This document shows, one piece after another, positions 32,340-44,025 of a DNA stretch of 64,000 nucleotides. Under the pieces are notes generated by a model, which searched no databases, was not told the DNA's origin, and saw nothing but the letters and a program-made list of their open reading frames with translations. Within the stretch, counting starts at the first letter, position 1. Each line of letters opens with the position of its first letter. The stretch is from assembly GCF_000142905.1 (NCBI RefSeq), contig NW_013657618.1, positions 149,086-213,085 of the forward strand, given 5' to 3'. This DNA is from Thecamonas trahens ATCC 50062 (lineage: Eukaryota > Protista > Apusomonadida). A program made the position numbers and the translations under genes.

Positions 32340-32395
32340 GGGGTGGGGTGGGGTGGGGTGGGGTGGGGTGGGGTGGGGTGGGGTGGGGTGGGGTG
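32340..32395. repeat. (GGGGT)11 pentamer repeat
   Basis: Read directly, just upstream of the SNARE ATG. Confidence 0.97.
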
Positions 32396-32951
32396 CCATC
32401 GTGATCGACGGCAGCCGCAGCGAGCGGGGGCGTGACCGTTGGCAGTTGTCAGACGGGGGAGGTGCGTGGTGGACGTCGACGTGGCGATCAAGGAGATGGT
32501 GGACGGCTGGGTGCGGAGGGGTTGGCAGTCGGGGTAACAGGGTTGATCGGAGGTGATTGGTAAAGGGGCGGGGAAGGGGGAGGGAAGGGGAGGGGAGCGC
32601 GCGGTGGAGGTGGGACCGAGTGGATGGCTGGGTGTAGAGGGGCTGATCAGGCCGCCAGTCACAGTTCGCAAACCACGATCCTCAACTGTTTAGCCCCAAC
32701 GTACACCGATCCCCTCCCTCCCTTCCCCCCTCCCTTTCCCCCCTCTCCATCCCCTCCCCTCCCCCTTTCCCCCCCTCTCCATCCCCTGCCGCCCCAATGG
32801 AAGAAAACGAGGCGGCTGACAATTCCGACAACTTTCCATTGAGCGGCGACAGCAGCCGCCGCCGCAAAGACACAGGGACAGCACTCGACTCGGACAAAGG
32901 CGGCGAGCATAGGCAAGAGGAAGAGCAAGAGTGTGATCGGAAGTGACTACG

Positions 32952-35391
32952 ATGGGCAAGACTGGTGGTACTGGAGCTGTTGCGCGTGTGTACATTGTCA
33001 AGACACACTTCCTTGACAAGAATGAGCGCATGGCTCTGGCACGGGCTCTGGCTCGCGGCAAGCTCGAGCTTGTCCTTGGCCGGTCGGGCAGAGTGGATGT
33101 TGTTCTTTTCCGGCTTATCTTCATTCGCCTGCAATGCTCTCATCACGTACTCGAGCCGATGATGAGCGCATTGCTTCATGTGGCCATACTATGTGGAATC
33201 TCGACCACATCGAGTACGTGCTCGGCCTCCGTGGGGCTCGCTCGTCCCACGTCTCCGCCTGCTCTCTTCCATCTCGCTCGACAACCTCGCCGACGTCGCG
33301 CCAGAGATTAGAGAGACCGTCGGCATGGTCAAGCGAGTGGCCGACACTGCTCGTGGCTTTGCTCCCGAGCCAGGCTGCGACTACTCGCTCGCCGACCTGT
33401 TCGACAGATTTGCTCCCGCCATTCAGAAGAGGGCCAAGTCCAGCATTGGCACCTCGCAGGCTCCGACCCGGCGGATGGACAGCACTGACAAGGTCATGGA
33501 CGCGCCCGCCGACGCGCTCGTCATCCGCGACACACTGCAGATGACCAACATCAAGTCGAACAACAACAAGTTCTACATCCTCGAGCTGCTGCTCCTCGAC
33601 GACGGCGCCGCTGCCGTTGTGACCAACTACGGGCGGACCGGCGCTAGCGGCGGCGGCGTCCGCAAGGAGGCCCGCCTGTACCCGACCGTCGACGCCGGCT
33701 TTCGCGGCTACGCCTCCATCTTTGTCGCCAAGGTCAGCAAGGGCTATCGGCCGGTCACCCTCGCCGCTGCCAACCTCGGGTCACCCGCCGCTGACGCTCG
33801 CGCCGAGGCCGAGGCTAGGTTGGTCGCCGCCGGTCCAGTCCGCGGCGGTGCCGCCGTCGCTCGCCCCGCCGGCGCGCTGCCCGACGCCGACTCGGCCGTC
33901 CTTGGCTTTGTCGACGTCATCGCGCGCGAGGCCCTCGACCGTCTGTTGCAGGTCATTCCGGGCAAGATCACCGTCCGCGGTATCGAGACCCCGCTCGGCG
34001 TGCTCTCGGCCCAGCAGGTGGACGACGCTCGTGCCGCGCTCGAGGCCATCCGCGCCGCGCTCGAGGCCGACGCCAGCCACAACGAGCTCGCCACGGCCTC
34101 GTCGGCCTTCTACTCGATCGTCCCGCACGACCTTGCGCGGAGCTCGCTCCTCGAGCACATCATTGACACTCCAGCCAAGCTCCGCGCCAAGGTTGAGCTC
34201 GTCCAGCTGATGGATGACGTGGTCAACGTCGGCGCCGGCGCAGGCAGTGGCCCCTCGGGCCCTGCCGCCCTCATCGCCGACTCGCCGCAGGTCAAGTACG
34301 CCGCCCTCGGCGCCGACCTCCGGGCCGTGCCCGACGACTCGCCCGAGTACGTGCAGATAGCCAAACACGTCCACATCACCGACCTCAAGGACTTTGGCAT
34401 TACTATCAAGGGGTTGTACGCTGTGACGAGGCCGGGCGAGCCGTCCGACGACGACCTTGCCGGTCTCGTCGGTCCACGCGGCGTCCGCAGGCTCTTCCAC
34501 GGCTCGCGCGCCTCTAACTGGATGGGCCTCCTTTCGCGTGGCATCCTCCTCCCGCAGACCATTGTCTCGCGTGGCGGCCAGCGAACCGACGCCGGCGCGC
34601 TGGGCGCGGGCGTCTACTTTGGCTCGGACGCCTCCACGGCTGCCCAGTACTGCACCCCAGTTGCAGCCGCCGGCCGCCCGCCGCGCCGCTTCATGGCCAT
34701 CGCCGCCGTCGCCGTCGGCAACGCCGCTCGCCTCACAGAGCCGAATCCGCTGCTTCTCTCGCCGCCGCACGGTGCTGACTCTGTCCACGGCTCGCGCATT
34801 GACGAGCACGGCGAGCCGACGTCATTTACTGACGATGAGTTTGTCGTCTACGCTCCCGGCCGCTATGCGCTCCGTTACATTGTCGAGTTTGAGGCCAACG
34901 TCGTCGCCATGCAGACGCTCAAGCCCTCGCCCAAAGGCTTTGTCTCGATCAAGAGCGCACCCGCACCCGCGCCCTCGCCCGCGCTCATTTCTCTGCCTGC
35001 CGACGCCCCCAGTGGCGACGCCAGCCGCGATGGGCCGCACTTTCCCCCGCGCGTCTATGCCCATGGCTCGAGGGACAGCCTCGGGTTTGAGCCGGCTATG
35101 ATCCCGCGCCCGAACGGGCTTGTCATCGGGTCGATGCCGCAGCCGCCGCCGCTCTCGCGCGACGCGCTCATTGTCTCAGAGCTTCTCCGCCGCTGTAGGC
35201 AGCTCTACCGCGGAGGCACCATCTCTCGCGAATGCTACTCTGAGTTCAAGGACGCGATCCTCTCGGATGGCCCACTCTCCCAGGTCTGGACGAGGGTGCT
35301 CACCGTCCTCGGCCCGACATCACACCCTGTGCTTGGCCTCCAGCCCGCTGTTGCCACCACCATCCTGGAGTTTGCCGTCACCGCTATGTAA
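32952..35391 (+). CDS. Poly(ADP-ribose) polymerase, PARP4-like catalytic domain with WGR and regulatory domains; putative BRCT N-terminus in shifted frames (main ORF 33178-35391)
   Basis: NNNKFYILEL..YGRTG (WGR); PLGVLS..Q..FYSIVPH (regulatory); H-Y-E triad FHGS, GVYF, DEFVVY; RGILLP..RTDAGALGAGVYF resembles PARP4. Confidence 0.9.
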
Positions 35392-35587
35392 ACCATCGCC
35401 GTCTACTGTGTCGTGAGTGGCAAGAACTGAACGCGTGCGATGGTGTGTGCGATGGCGTGGCATGTCTCACAAAGGACACGCGACAGCGAGCGGCAGAGAG
35501 CGGCGGTTTCGCCCGACGCTCCCGCAGGCACCACCGCACTCGGGGCGGCTGCCAACAACGCAGCGACTGGTGTGGGTGGTTTCAGGA

Positions 35588-38500
35588 ATGTACCGACTTG
35601 TACGTTTGACAGCATGTTGCGCATGCATAGTACTTGATGTGTGCCGAGTTTGACTCACGTGGCTTTGTGCTTTCATCTTGGCGAGGCTGCTGAGTGTAGG
35701 CGGCTGTCGGCCCGCAGGGTGGCGGGAAGACGGCGCTGGCTGTTCGCTGGGCGAATGGCGACTTTGTGGCGGCGAGCGAACTGGCGCCGACCATCATTTC
35801 CGAGTTTGGTCCGCGTCCGATGCTCGCGCAGCAAGGGCATGGAAGAGGGGAGCAAGGTGATAGTGATCAAGACCAGGTCGTGGTTGTCGACATCTCGGGC
35901 GATCGCGCAACATGGCGGGCGGTGTACGCCGAGTGGCTCGGCGATGAGACCATCGATGGCTTTGTTCTTGTCTTTGACGTCTCGGACGAGGCCTCGTGGC
36001 GCGCACTACCAGAGTATTGGCATGCGGTGCTGGCTGCAGTCTCACGTGGCCATGTCCAGGCCGCGCGGAAGCTCGTTGCGCCGCAAGCTGGCCAGACCGT
36101 GCCTCGGGCTGACAAGGCCGGGCGGCAGGCGGCGGCCAAGTTGCGAAAGAAAGCTCTGGCCAAGCTCGGCAAGCAGCGCGGCGGCGGATCACTGTTCAAC
36201 GATCCGACGCGCGCTGCCATTGATGACTCGCAAGCGAGCCTCGCTGCGGCTGGCCACCACTCGCTGGTGGAGGAGCTCGCGCCACCGCCGATGCTGGTGG
36301 TTGGCACGCATGCTGATCGCCCGCAGCGGTTTGCAACCGTCGCCGACATGGCGGCCGAGGTCTGGGCCATCTTTGGCGCCCCATACATCGAGGTTTCTGC
36401 GCTCAGCGGAGCCAACATCGATGCCGCCGTTGCCAAAGCGGTTGGTCACGTCCGGGCGCGGCATGCTGCTGCGATCCGGCTTGGCGCACCGCTGCCGGTC
36501 GAAGCAATCACTCGCTCGGGGTGGGTGCATGTTGCGCGGGCCGGGGGCCGGCGAGCCAAAGCGTACACCCAGGCCAAGGCGACCAAGGACATGACGCCGC
36601 GGTGGGTGGTGTACACGGCGCCCGGGGTGTGGCGGATGTACGCGTCAGAGGCCGACGCCGCCGTCAACGTGAGGTCTGAGGTAGTCCTGCTGGAAGTTGC
36701 GCCGGCATCGCTACCTCTTGGCCGGCCACAGTGGGTGGCGCAGGGCGGGTTTGTGGTGGCGGGCGCCCTTGGTGCTCTCGACGTTGTTGCGCCATCAGCC
36801 GTCGACGCGGCAGCCTGGGTCGATGCGCTCAACGCAAGCGCTGGAGCTGAGGATGAGGGCCGGGTCACGTTTGATGCTGTTCAGGTTGTGAGCAGTGACG
36901 AGATGACACCTGCCAGGCAGCAGCGGCTGGATACGACGCGGGACCCGACAGTACGGCGTGCGCCGCGGATCGCGACTAGGCTCTTTCCCTCGGATGAAAG
37001 TATGTCGAGCTGCAGCGCGGAGCAGAAGCTGGCTCCTCTGGCCACGAGCGACAACGAGTCGACGAGCTCGAGTGGTGTGGGGCTTGAACCTGGTTCGTCG
37101 TTAGCTCCCAGATCTGAGAGTGAGGATCGAGCTGGGCCGGGTTCGAGTTGGCGGGTACAGCAGCAAGAGCGTAGCCAACTTCGGAGTCCGGGCCGCACTG
37201 AGCGAGAGAGGTTTGATCAGGCTGCGCATCGCGAGCGACGAACGGCGTCGAGGGAAAGTAGCAGGAGTCGGAGTTGTGGTCGCGATCAGAGTGGAGAGTC
37301 TGGCGGTGAACGTCGAGCGTTGGACGGAGCAGGCACGACAAGGCTGCGCATCGCGAGCGACGGACGGCGTCGAGGGGAAGTAGCAGGAGTCGGAGTTGTG
37401 GTCGCGATAAGAGTGGAGAGTTTGACAATGGCCAGGGTAATGCTGAGGGAGGGAGGCACGACAAGGCTGCGCATCGCGAGCGACGAACGGCGTCGAGGGA
37501 AAGTAGCAGGAGCCGGAGTTGTGGTCGCGATCAGAGTGGAGAGTTTGACGATGGCCAGGGTAATGCTGAGGGAGGGAGGCTCGACAAGGCTGCGCATCGC
37601 GAGCGACGAACGGCGTCGAGGGAAAGTAGCAGGAGTCGGAGCCTCAGTTCCCATCAGAGCAGCGGCTTTGGTCGGAGCTGTCCGACACAAAACGATTTCG
37701 ATTGTGCTGCTGTGCCGACCAGGCAGGGTCACGACCGCGTCGCAGCTCGCCGGACGGTGCGTCATGGTCCAAATCAGCACCAAAACAGCCCCCGATTCCG
37801 CGATCGCTCAGCAACGTCGCGCGATGGACGCCCAGACCAAAGCTGGGGCCGATCTGAGCGGAAGCACGACAGCTTTGGAGGCCGCTCTGCGAGACGCTTG
37901 TCCTCACCTGTGCTGACAGACCAAGGCAGAAGCCAAGACAGGCGTCGGGGTGAGCACGAGCGCGTCAATCGTGACAGTAGTGGATACCTCAAGTCATACA
38001 CCCGCATCGCTCGCGATGAACGCAGCCCCTACGTGGATATGGCTTGTCCCAAGCCGGACCTGGCGGTCCTTTCAACCGCAGCTGCACGCATCCTTCGATC
38101 GCGTGAGCTCGGTCACACTGCTGCTGCAAGCCGGTCGCTCTGGAACAGCCAGGACCCGCGTCCACTCTTCCGCAAGTCCCCGATGTCGGTTCCCGACAAC
38201 GGATCGAGTCGCCTCGACGGCGTTAGTCATCGACCGTCGGTTATGAGCCCGGACTTGAGCCCCATAGCACCCCGCGGGAGGCAGTCGAGCGTATCGGTGA
38301 CCATGCCGCGGGTGGCCGTTGTGGAGCCGTCGGTTCTTGATCTTGATGAGCTCGCCCTCCTTGAATCTGAGGCTTTCGTCGCTCTTCCCAATGTTGATCT
38401 CGGCTCAAGCGAGACCTCCAGCGGGCGGGCGGAGAGTGTCTGCCTTCCTAACGTGCACACATCGACGGACACCACCGGCGATGTGCTTTCTTCTGTTGAT

Positions 38501-39471
38501 GAGGATGCGACAAGGCCTACATCTACTGGTGTCCTTGTGGGTGTAGCTGGGTCTAGTGTCACCTCCGTCGCCATGCCTGCTTTGCCTACTGCAGGGCATG
38601 CTGATGCGCCTGCGGATCTCCATGCTGCGCACGGTACACCTGCATACGCCATTGCACCGACTACCGCACCTCCATTGCATGCACCTCCCGCCGCGACTGC
38701 TGCCACGCTTGCTGCGCCTGCTGCAGTGCATGCTGATGCGCCTGCAGATCTCCATGCTGCGCGCGCTACACCTGCATACGCCATTGCACCGACTGCTGCT
38801 GCTGCATTGCATGCACCTCCCGCCGCGACTGCTGCCACGCTTGCTGCGCCTGCTGCAGTGCATGCTGATGCGCCTGCGGATCTCCATGCTGCGCGCGCTA
38901 CACCTGCATCCGCCATCGCGCCCGTTGCTGCTGCTGCATTGCATGCACCTCCCGTCGCGACTGCTGCCACGCTTGCTGCGCCTGCTGCAGTGCATGCTGA
39001 TGATGCGCCTGCGAATCTCCATGCTACTGCCACGTTACCTGTGCCCACCATCGCACCCGTTGCTGCTGTTGCATTGTCTGCACCTGCCTCCATGCCACGC
39101 TCGCTACCCGGCCCGCCTGACCTCGCCCTCGCTCCCAATGTTTCTTGTGAACCATCGACAGCTCCGCCGCCAGCACCGGTTGCGCCCGGCCATCACCCGC
39201 GTATGCTCGGCTCGACGCTGTCCTCACCCTCGAGCACGCTGTTGTCCTCCGCTGGAGCTCACCATCGGCCACGGCCGTCCACGCGCTCTTCCGTGCCTCT
39301 CCGCCACACGGTGCGCACGTGGCCATCTACCGCGGTCGTGGGCACTCGTTCTACGACTCGGACCTCCCGCATGCCACCACATTCTTGTACTCGCTTCATT
39401 GCCTCGACGCACTCGGTCGTCCCGTCTGCCCGCCAACTGTGCTCCCAACAGCCACCGCTCATCGCGGATGA
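35588..39471 (+). CDS. Atypical Ras-like GTPase + PH domain + repeat linker + FN3-like C-terminus; intron 35600-35699; two apparent -1 frame breaks (about 37329 and 39187)
   Basis: Splicing gives MYRLAAVGPQGGGKT (P-loop); DISG, VGTHAD, EVSA; PH-like ITRSGWV..PRWVV..AAAWVDALN; frame 39151-39471 reads VVLRWS..IYRG...FYDSDLPHATTFLYSL. Confidence 0.7.
37215..37642 (+). repeat. Coding 123-bp tandem repeat, about 3.5 copies
   Basis: AGGCTGCGCATCGCGAGCGACG recurs at 37219, 37341, 37464 and 37587. Confidence 0.95.
38597..39085 (+). repeat. Coding 132-bp tandem repeat (44 aa, Ala/Pro/His-rich), about 3.6 copies
   Basis: CATGCTGATG unit starts at 38597, 38729, 38861 and 38993. Confidence 0.95.
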
Positions 39472-42400
39472 ACGTAAAACCGGACAGACTCGCCTAGCGC
39501 GACATGGTGCGGGCCGGCGACGAGCCCGATGCGCAGCGCCGCAGGTGATGACCACGGCTGAAGCTTGACTCGGACCGTGAGTCGCACCGCGAGCGACCGC
39601 CGCGTCGCCAGCCGGATCCGCTTCCGTGGCACGCGTGTGTACTGAACCTGCCCGTCCGGGAGCTCCACCCGAACCGCGAGAGCGTCGATGACTCCGGTGC
39701 CAGCCTCCACCCGCGCTTCGACGTTGATCGGGAGTGGAACAAGTGCAGATGCCGAGACTGCCGCGCCGGCGTTCTCTCGCGGAACAGCCACAACGCCGCG
39801 GACGCGCCGGACGCTGCGCAGTGTCCGCAGCGTCGCGCTGTCATCCACCAGCGTCGGGACCATCGCCTTCACCGCTGCGTGCGCCGCCGCGCACGTCTCC
39901 ACACCCGAGCTCGGCGTGCCCTGTGGAACCGTCGCCGCCACCGTCAGTGCATCAGCAAACGCCGGCGCGAGGCTCCGCCCGCTCTTGGAAAGGCTGCGCT
40001 TCACGGTGCGGATCTGCGCCCCAAGCTGTAGCACATACCGGCTCCGCCCCGCGCTCCCAGTCGCCGACGGATCTAGCGACGCGCCGACCAGCTCCAGCGC
40101 CGAGCCGAAGAGCTCGTACTCGGTCACCACACTTGCCAACGATGCTGGTAAGCCAGCGACACCTGTGCGGATCTCTTGTGTCGCCACGGTGACCTCCTTT
40201 GCCAGCTGCCGCCACAGCACGCCGTGCTCGGCATCCAAGCCCAGACCGTGCGCCTCGCGCTGTGCCCGGACAAGCACCACGAGCCGCCCCAGCAGATGGC
40301 CGGCGCCAAGCCCTGTCTCAGAGCGCTCCAGCGACTCGACCGCATGTGCGACGCCCGAAAGCTCGGTTCCGGAGCCCTCTCCGCGCGCGGTTGCAGCCAA
40401 ATCGCGTAGGAGCCGGCCCATGGTCGAGACGCCGACTGGCGCGGCGGAAGCAGCCGACGGCGGCGCTGCTGTCGGTGGCGGCAGACTTGCCGCCGGAGGG
40501 AAAAACCGCGGGAGCTTGTCGGCAAGGTAGCCGACGTGGCGAGCGGTGTACTTGGGCAGCAGCGCGTAGATGGCTGGGACCTGTGAGGCGGCGGCAAAGA
40601 CGAGAACCATGAGCGCAATGTACCGCGGGTCGTCAACCGGCGGCTCGCGCGATTCAAAGACAGCCGAGATGGCAAACAGCTCCGAGGTGAGAAAGTGGAC
40701 AAAGGCCGGGTGGGCACGGCCAAGCGCGGCAGCGAGGCCGTAAACTCGCGCCTCGTCGCCTGGGTACTTGAGAAGCGACGCGATGACACCCGAGACGGTG
40801 GCGTGGAGCGCCGACGCCGACGGCAGCTTGATCGACGCCAGAAGCGAGTACGTCGCGCCACGCAGCGCCGGCGACGCGTCGCCAACCAGGTCCAGCACCG
40901 TCTTGAGCGCCGAGTCGGAGAGCTGCACGCGGCCGCCCATCTTGGCCATCGACGTGAGGGCATTAAGTCGGACAGCGTCGATCTCGTCGTTGAACATGTC
41001 GACAAGAAAGTCTGCGGCAGCGTCGGCGAATCGCGGCGACGCCGCACCCACTGCCAGCTCGCACATGGCGTCGATGGTGGCAGAGCGGACGTGCCAGAAC
41101 TCGTCTTCCAGGCCGTGGACAAAAGCACCGACAGCGCCGGCCTCCAGCAGCCTGACATGCGGCGGTAGCTCAGCTTCGCCAAACACCCGCACCATATTGT
41201 TGTACTGCTTCGACCGCCGCTTCGGGTCCTGGTCCACCGTCAGAATCTTCTTGTCCAGCGTCTGGATAAGCAGAAAGTCGTCGACGCCCGAGAGCGCGCC
41301 GAGCCCGCGCGCCGCTGCCGCCCGCACGTGTCGGTCCGGATCGGTGACCCGGGTGCATAGGAGCGTAAAGCCGTGCTCGAGCAGCCGTGGTGTGTGCACC
41401 CGCTCCACCACTGCCTCGTCATCATGCGTACCGCTTGTCTTGCCTACCAGGTTCGTCGCCGCGTCCCGCGCCTCGATTCGGTGCTGCGGGTAGAGCAGCA
41501 CGATGCGCCAGACAACCGCCACGGCTGCCAGTCGGACCGCAGCGTATGGGTCGTCGAGCAGCCGCGTGCTACGAGAGTAGCTCGCAAGGAGGAAAGGTGA
41601 CGGCGGAAGCGCTTGCAGCCAAGCGAGCCCTGCCGCCCGCGTCGCAGGGTCGCCGTCGGCCAGTGCGTCGTCGAGCCAGCCGGCCTGGGCCTTGTCAAGC
41701 GCGCCCGAAGACTGCATCCGCGCGAGAGACGCCACGACCGCCGCCCGGTTGCCCTCGTCCAGCACGCCACGCAACGCCTCGCCCATCCATGCCATCACGC
41801 GCGGGCGATGGACGCTCCCGAAGCGGCAGCAATCACGCCGACGACCTTGTGGACGAGTCGGCGCGGGAACTTGTCCGCCGGCACGGCAAGCAGAACATCA
41901 ACCAGTTGACGTCGCATGCCGTCATCGCTTCCGATGGCAGCCACCACCGAAGAGGCCACCATCAGCGCGGCATCCATGCTCGCCACCACAGTAGAAGCCG
42001 ACGATGACGATGATGACGATGATGACGACGATGACGACGATGACGACGATGTTGTCGTCCACTGCTCGATGAGGTTGGCCATTGTGTGGACGATGACAGG
42101 AGCGACAGCCGTCCGCTGCTCGACATCCAGGGGAAGCATATCAATGACCAGAGACAGACCATGTGGTTGCGGATGGATGTGATGAGCAGCCGCTGCCAGA
42201 CGAGACGGAGCCCATAGCTCCAATGACTCTGCTGCCGTCCGCATACGAGCAACATCACCACTGGCTTGATCACTACCTTCATCACCTCCGTGCCTTCCTT
42301 CCACCAGTAGCCGCGCACGCTTCCTCTCCCTGCCATGACCATGACCATGACCATGACCATGACCACTGCTGGTCGTGGCGCTGCTGGTCGTCCTGGTCGT

Positions 42401-42475
42401 GCTTGCTGTCGTCGTCACCTCGGTCTGGGTGCCCGACCCACGGGTGGCGTCACGCCGAGAGGAGGCCATAGGCAT
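39459..42475 (-). CDS. INTS4: Integrator complex subunit 4; N-terminal part (42475-41795) is in a different frame from the main ORF (41798-39459)
   Basis: FLLIQTLDKK; GAFVHGLEDEFWHVRSA; DFLVDMFNDEIDAVRL; LLKYP.D; DDPRYIALMVLVF. Confidence 0.92.
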
Positions 42476-42790
42476 GGCGTGATGGGTGGGTGGTGGGGAT
42501 GGGGGGGGGGGGGGAGGTGAGGTGGTAGTGTGGTGTGTGGTGTGTGGTATGTGGTGGGTGGTGGGTGTGCGTGGTGGGGGGTGGCGGCTGGCAGTCGGCG
42601 GCCGTCGGCGGTAGTCAGTGGCGGATGGCTTGGGAAGCGGGTGGGCGGTTTGTGGGGGGGGGGGGGGGGGCTGGAGTGTGTGGATGGGGGCGATAGGAGA
42701 TCGGGGAGGGAGGGGGTGTGTTACACACGAATCACCCACAGCATGGCCTTCTCTGGCGGTAGCACGGCCTCATGGGGGCTGGTGTGCGAA

Positions 42791-43405
42791 TCAGGATTTG
42801 GTCCCCTTGGCAGAGTCGATGGCCTCGCGGAGGGCGCTGACCCAGCGGATCTTGTCTTCTTTGGTTTCGGCGTACAGCTGGTATGTCCGCTCGGTGACCG
42901 CCACGTTAAAGGTCCAGTTGTGGGTGTGGTGGGCCGGTGGGTTGGCCTCGAGCTCGGCGTCGGTCAGATCGATGGCGCCCTTGGCGCGCGACAACACATC
43001 GCCGCCACCCTGGTCGGCATACGCAAGGTCTGTGCCGATGATGCAGAACCAGCGTTTCTTCCAGTTGTGGCGCCAGCCGCCTTTCTTGTACAGATAGCCC
43101 TCGCACGATGCGGCGAGTGTGGGCTCGCGGACGCTCGGGCGCTCCTGCTGAATGCGCATCGAGCTCCGCTTTGCCTCCTTGGCTGCCTTTGTTGCTGCCG
43201 CGTCCGACGATGCCTGCTGGACGTAGCTGGCCGGTACCAAACCGGCCTCGCCTGTCGGCTTCACCGCCACATACCAGTGCTCATCGACCCGCTTGGCGTC
43301 GACCAGCAGATCGCCGACCATGAAGCCAAGCTCGTCCATCTCGGGCTGCCTGTTGTCCCGCACCGCCACCAGCGTCAGCAAGTTGTTCGACCTGTCCTTG
43401 TACAT
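42791..43405 (-). CDS. SH3 + PH domain adaptor protein
   Basis: SH3: DELGF..GD..DEHWY..GLVPASYV; PH: EGYLYKKGGWRHNWKKRWF..KGAIDL..RTYQLYAET..WVSALR. Confidence 0.92.
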   Translation of the reverse strand: MYKDRSNNLLTLVAVRDNRQPEMDELGFMVGDLLVDAKRVDEHWYVAVKPTGEAGLVPASYVQQASSDAAATKAAKEAKRSSMRIQQERPSVREPTLAASCEGYLYKKGGWRHNWKKRWFCIIGTDLAYADQGGGDVLSRAKGAIDLTDAELEANPPAHHTHNWTFNVAVTERTYQLYAETKEDKIRWVSALREAIDSAKGTKS

Positions 43406-43652
43406 CGCGTATTAGCGCTGACGTGAGTGAGTGCAGCAGTGAGCGATGGCCATGCCTCGACGGCACCTGTCGGCCATGTCGGCCATGACCGGGGCAGACA
43501 CACACACGCTCATACACATACATATATGTACATACATGCCCCCCCTAAACAAGCAGACCATGTTGGTGAACTCCACGTACATCTCTTCTTTCTCCCGGGA
43601 CGAGTGTGTGGGCATACGGATTGGCAGGGAGTGTGGCTAGCTGTTATCGAAT

Positions 43653-43963
43653 AATCATTGGCCCAACGATCACCAGCCAGACCACAACAACAATCATTGG
43701 CCCAACGATTACCCGCCAGACCACAACAACAACAATCATTGGCCCAACGATTACCCGCCAGACCACAACAACAACAATCATTGGCCCAACGATTACCAGC
43801 CAGACCACAACAACAACAATCATTGGCCCAACGATTACCCGCCAGACCACAACAACAACAATCATTGGCCCAACGATCACCAGCCAGACCACCACAACAA
43901 CAATCATTGGCCCAACGATTACCCGCCAGACCACAACAACAACAATCATTGGCCCAACGATTA
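43653..43963. repeat. 39-42-bp minisatellite (AATCATTGGCCCAACGATYACCMGCCAGACCAC(AAC)n), about 7.5 copies
   Basis: Read directly; lies between divergent genes. Confidence 0.97.
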
Positions 43964-44025
43964 TCCCCACTCCGCAACTGCCACCACCCCTCCCCGCCCC
44001 CCTCCCCCACCCACCCACCAACAGC

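Noticed and set aside
39201-39234. Tiny intron explaining the second frame break in the GTPase-PH gene
   Set aside because: Removing GTATGC..GAG does not lead into the FN3-like frame, and GAG acceptors appear to be avoided
43606-44025. Thr-rich mucin-like N-terminus of the 796-aa ORF
   Set aside because: Non-ATG start, no signal peptide, pure minisatellite; ATG 44026 is the more plausible start
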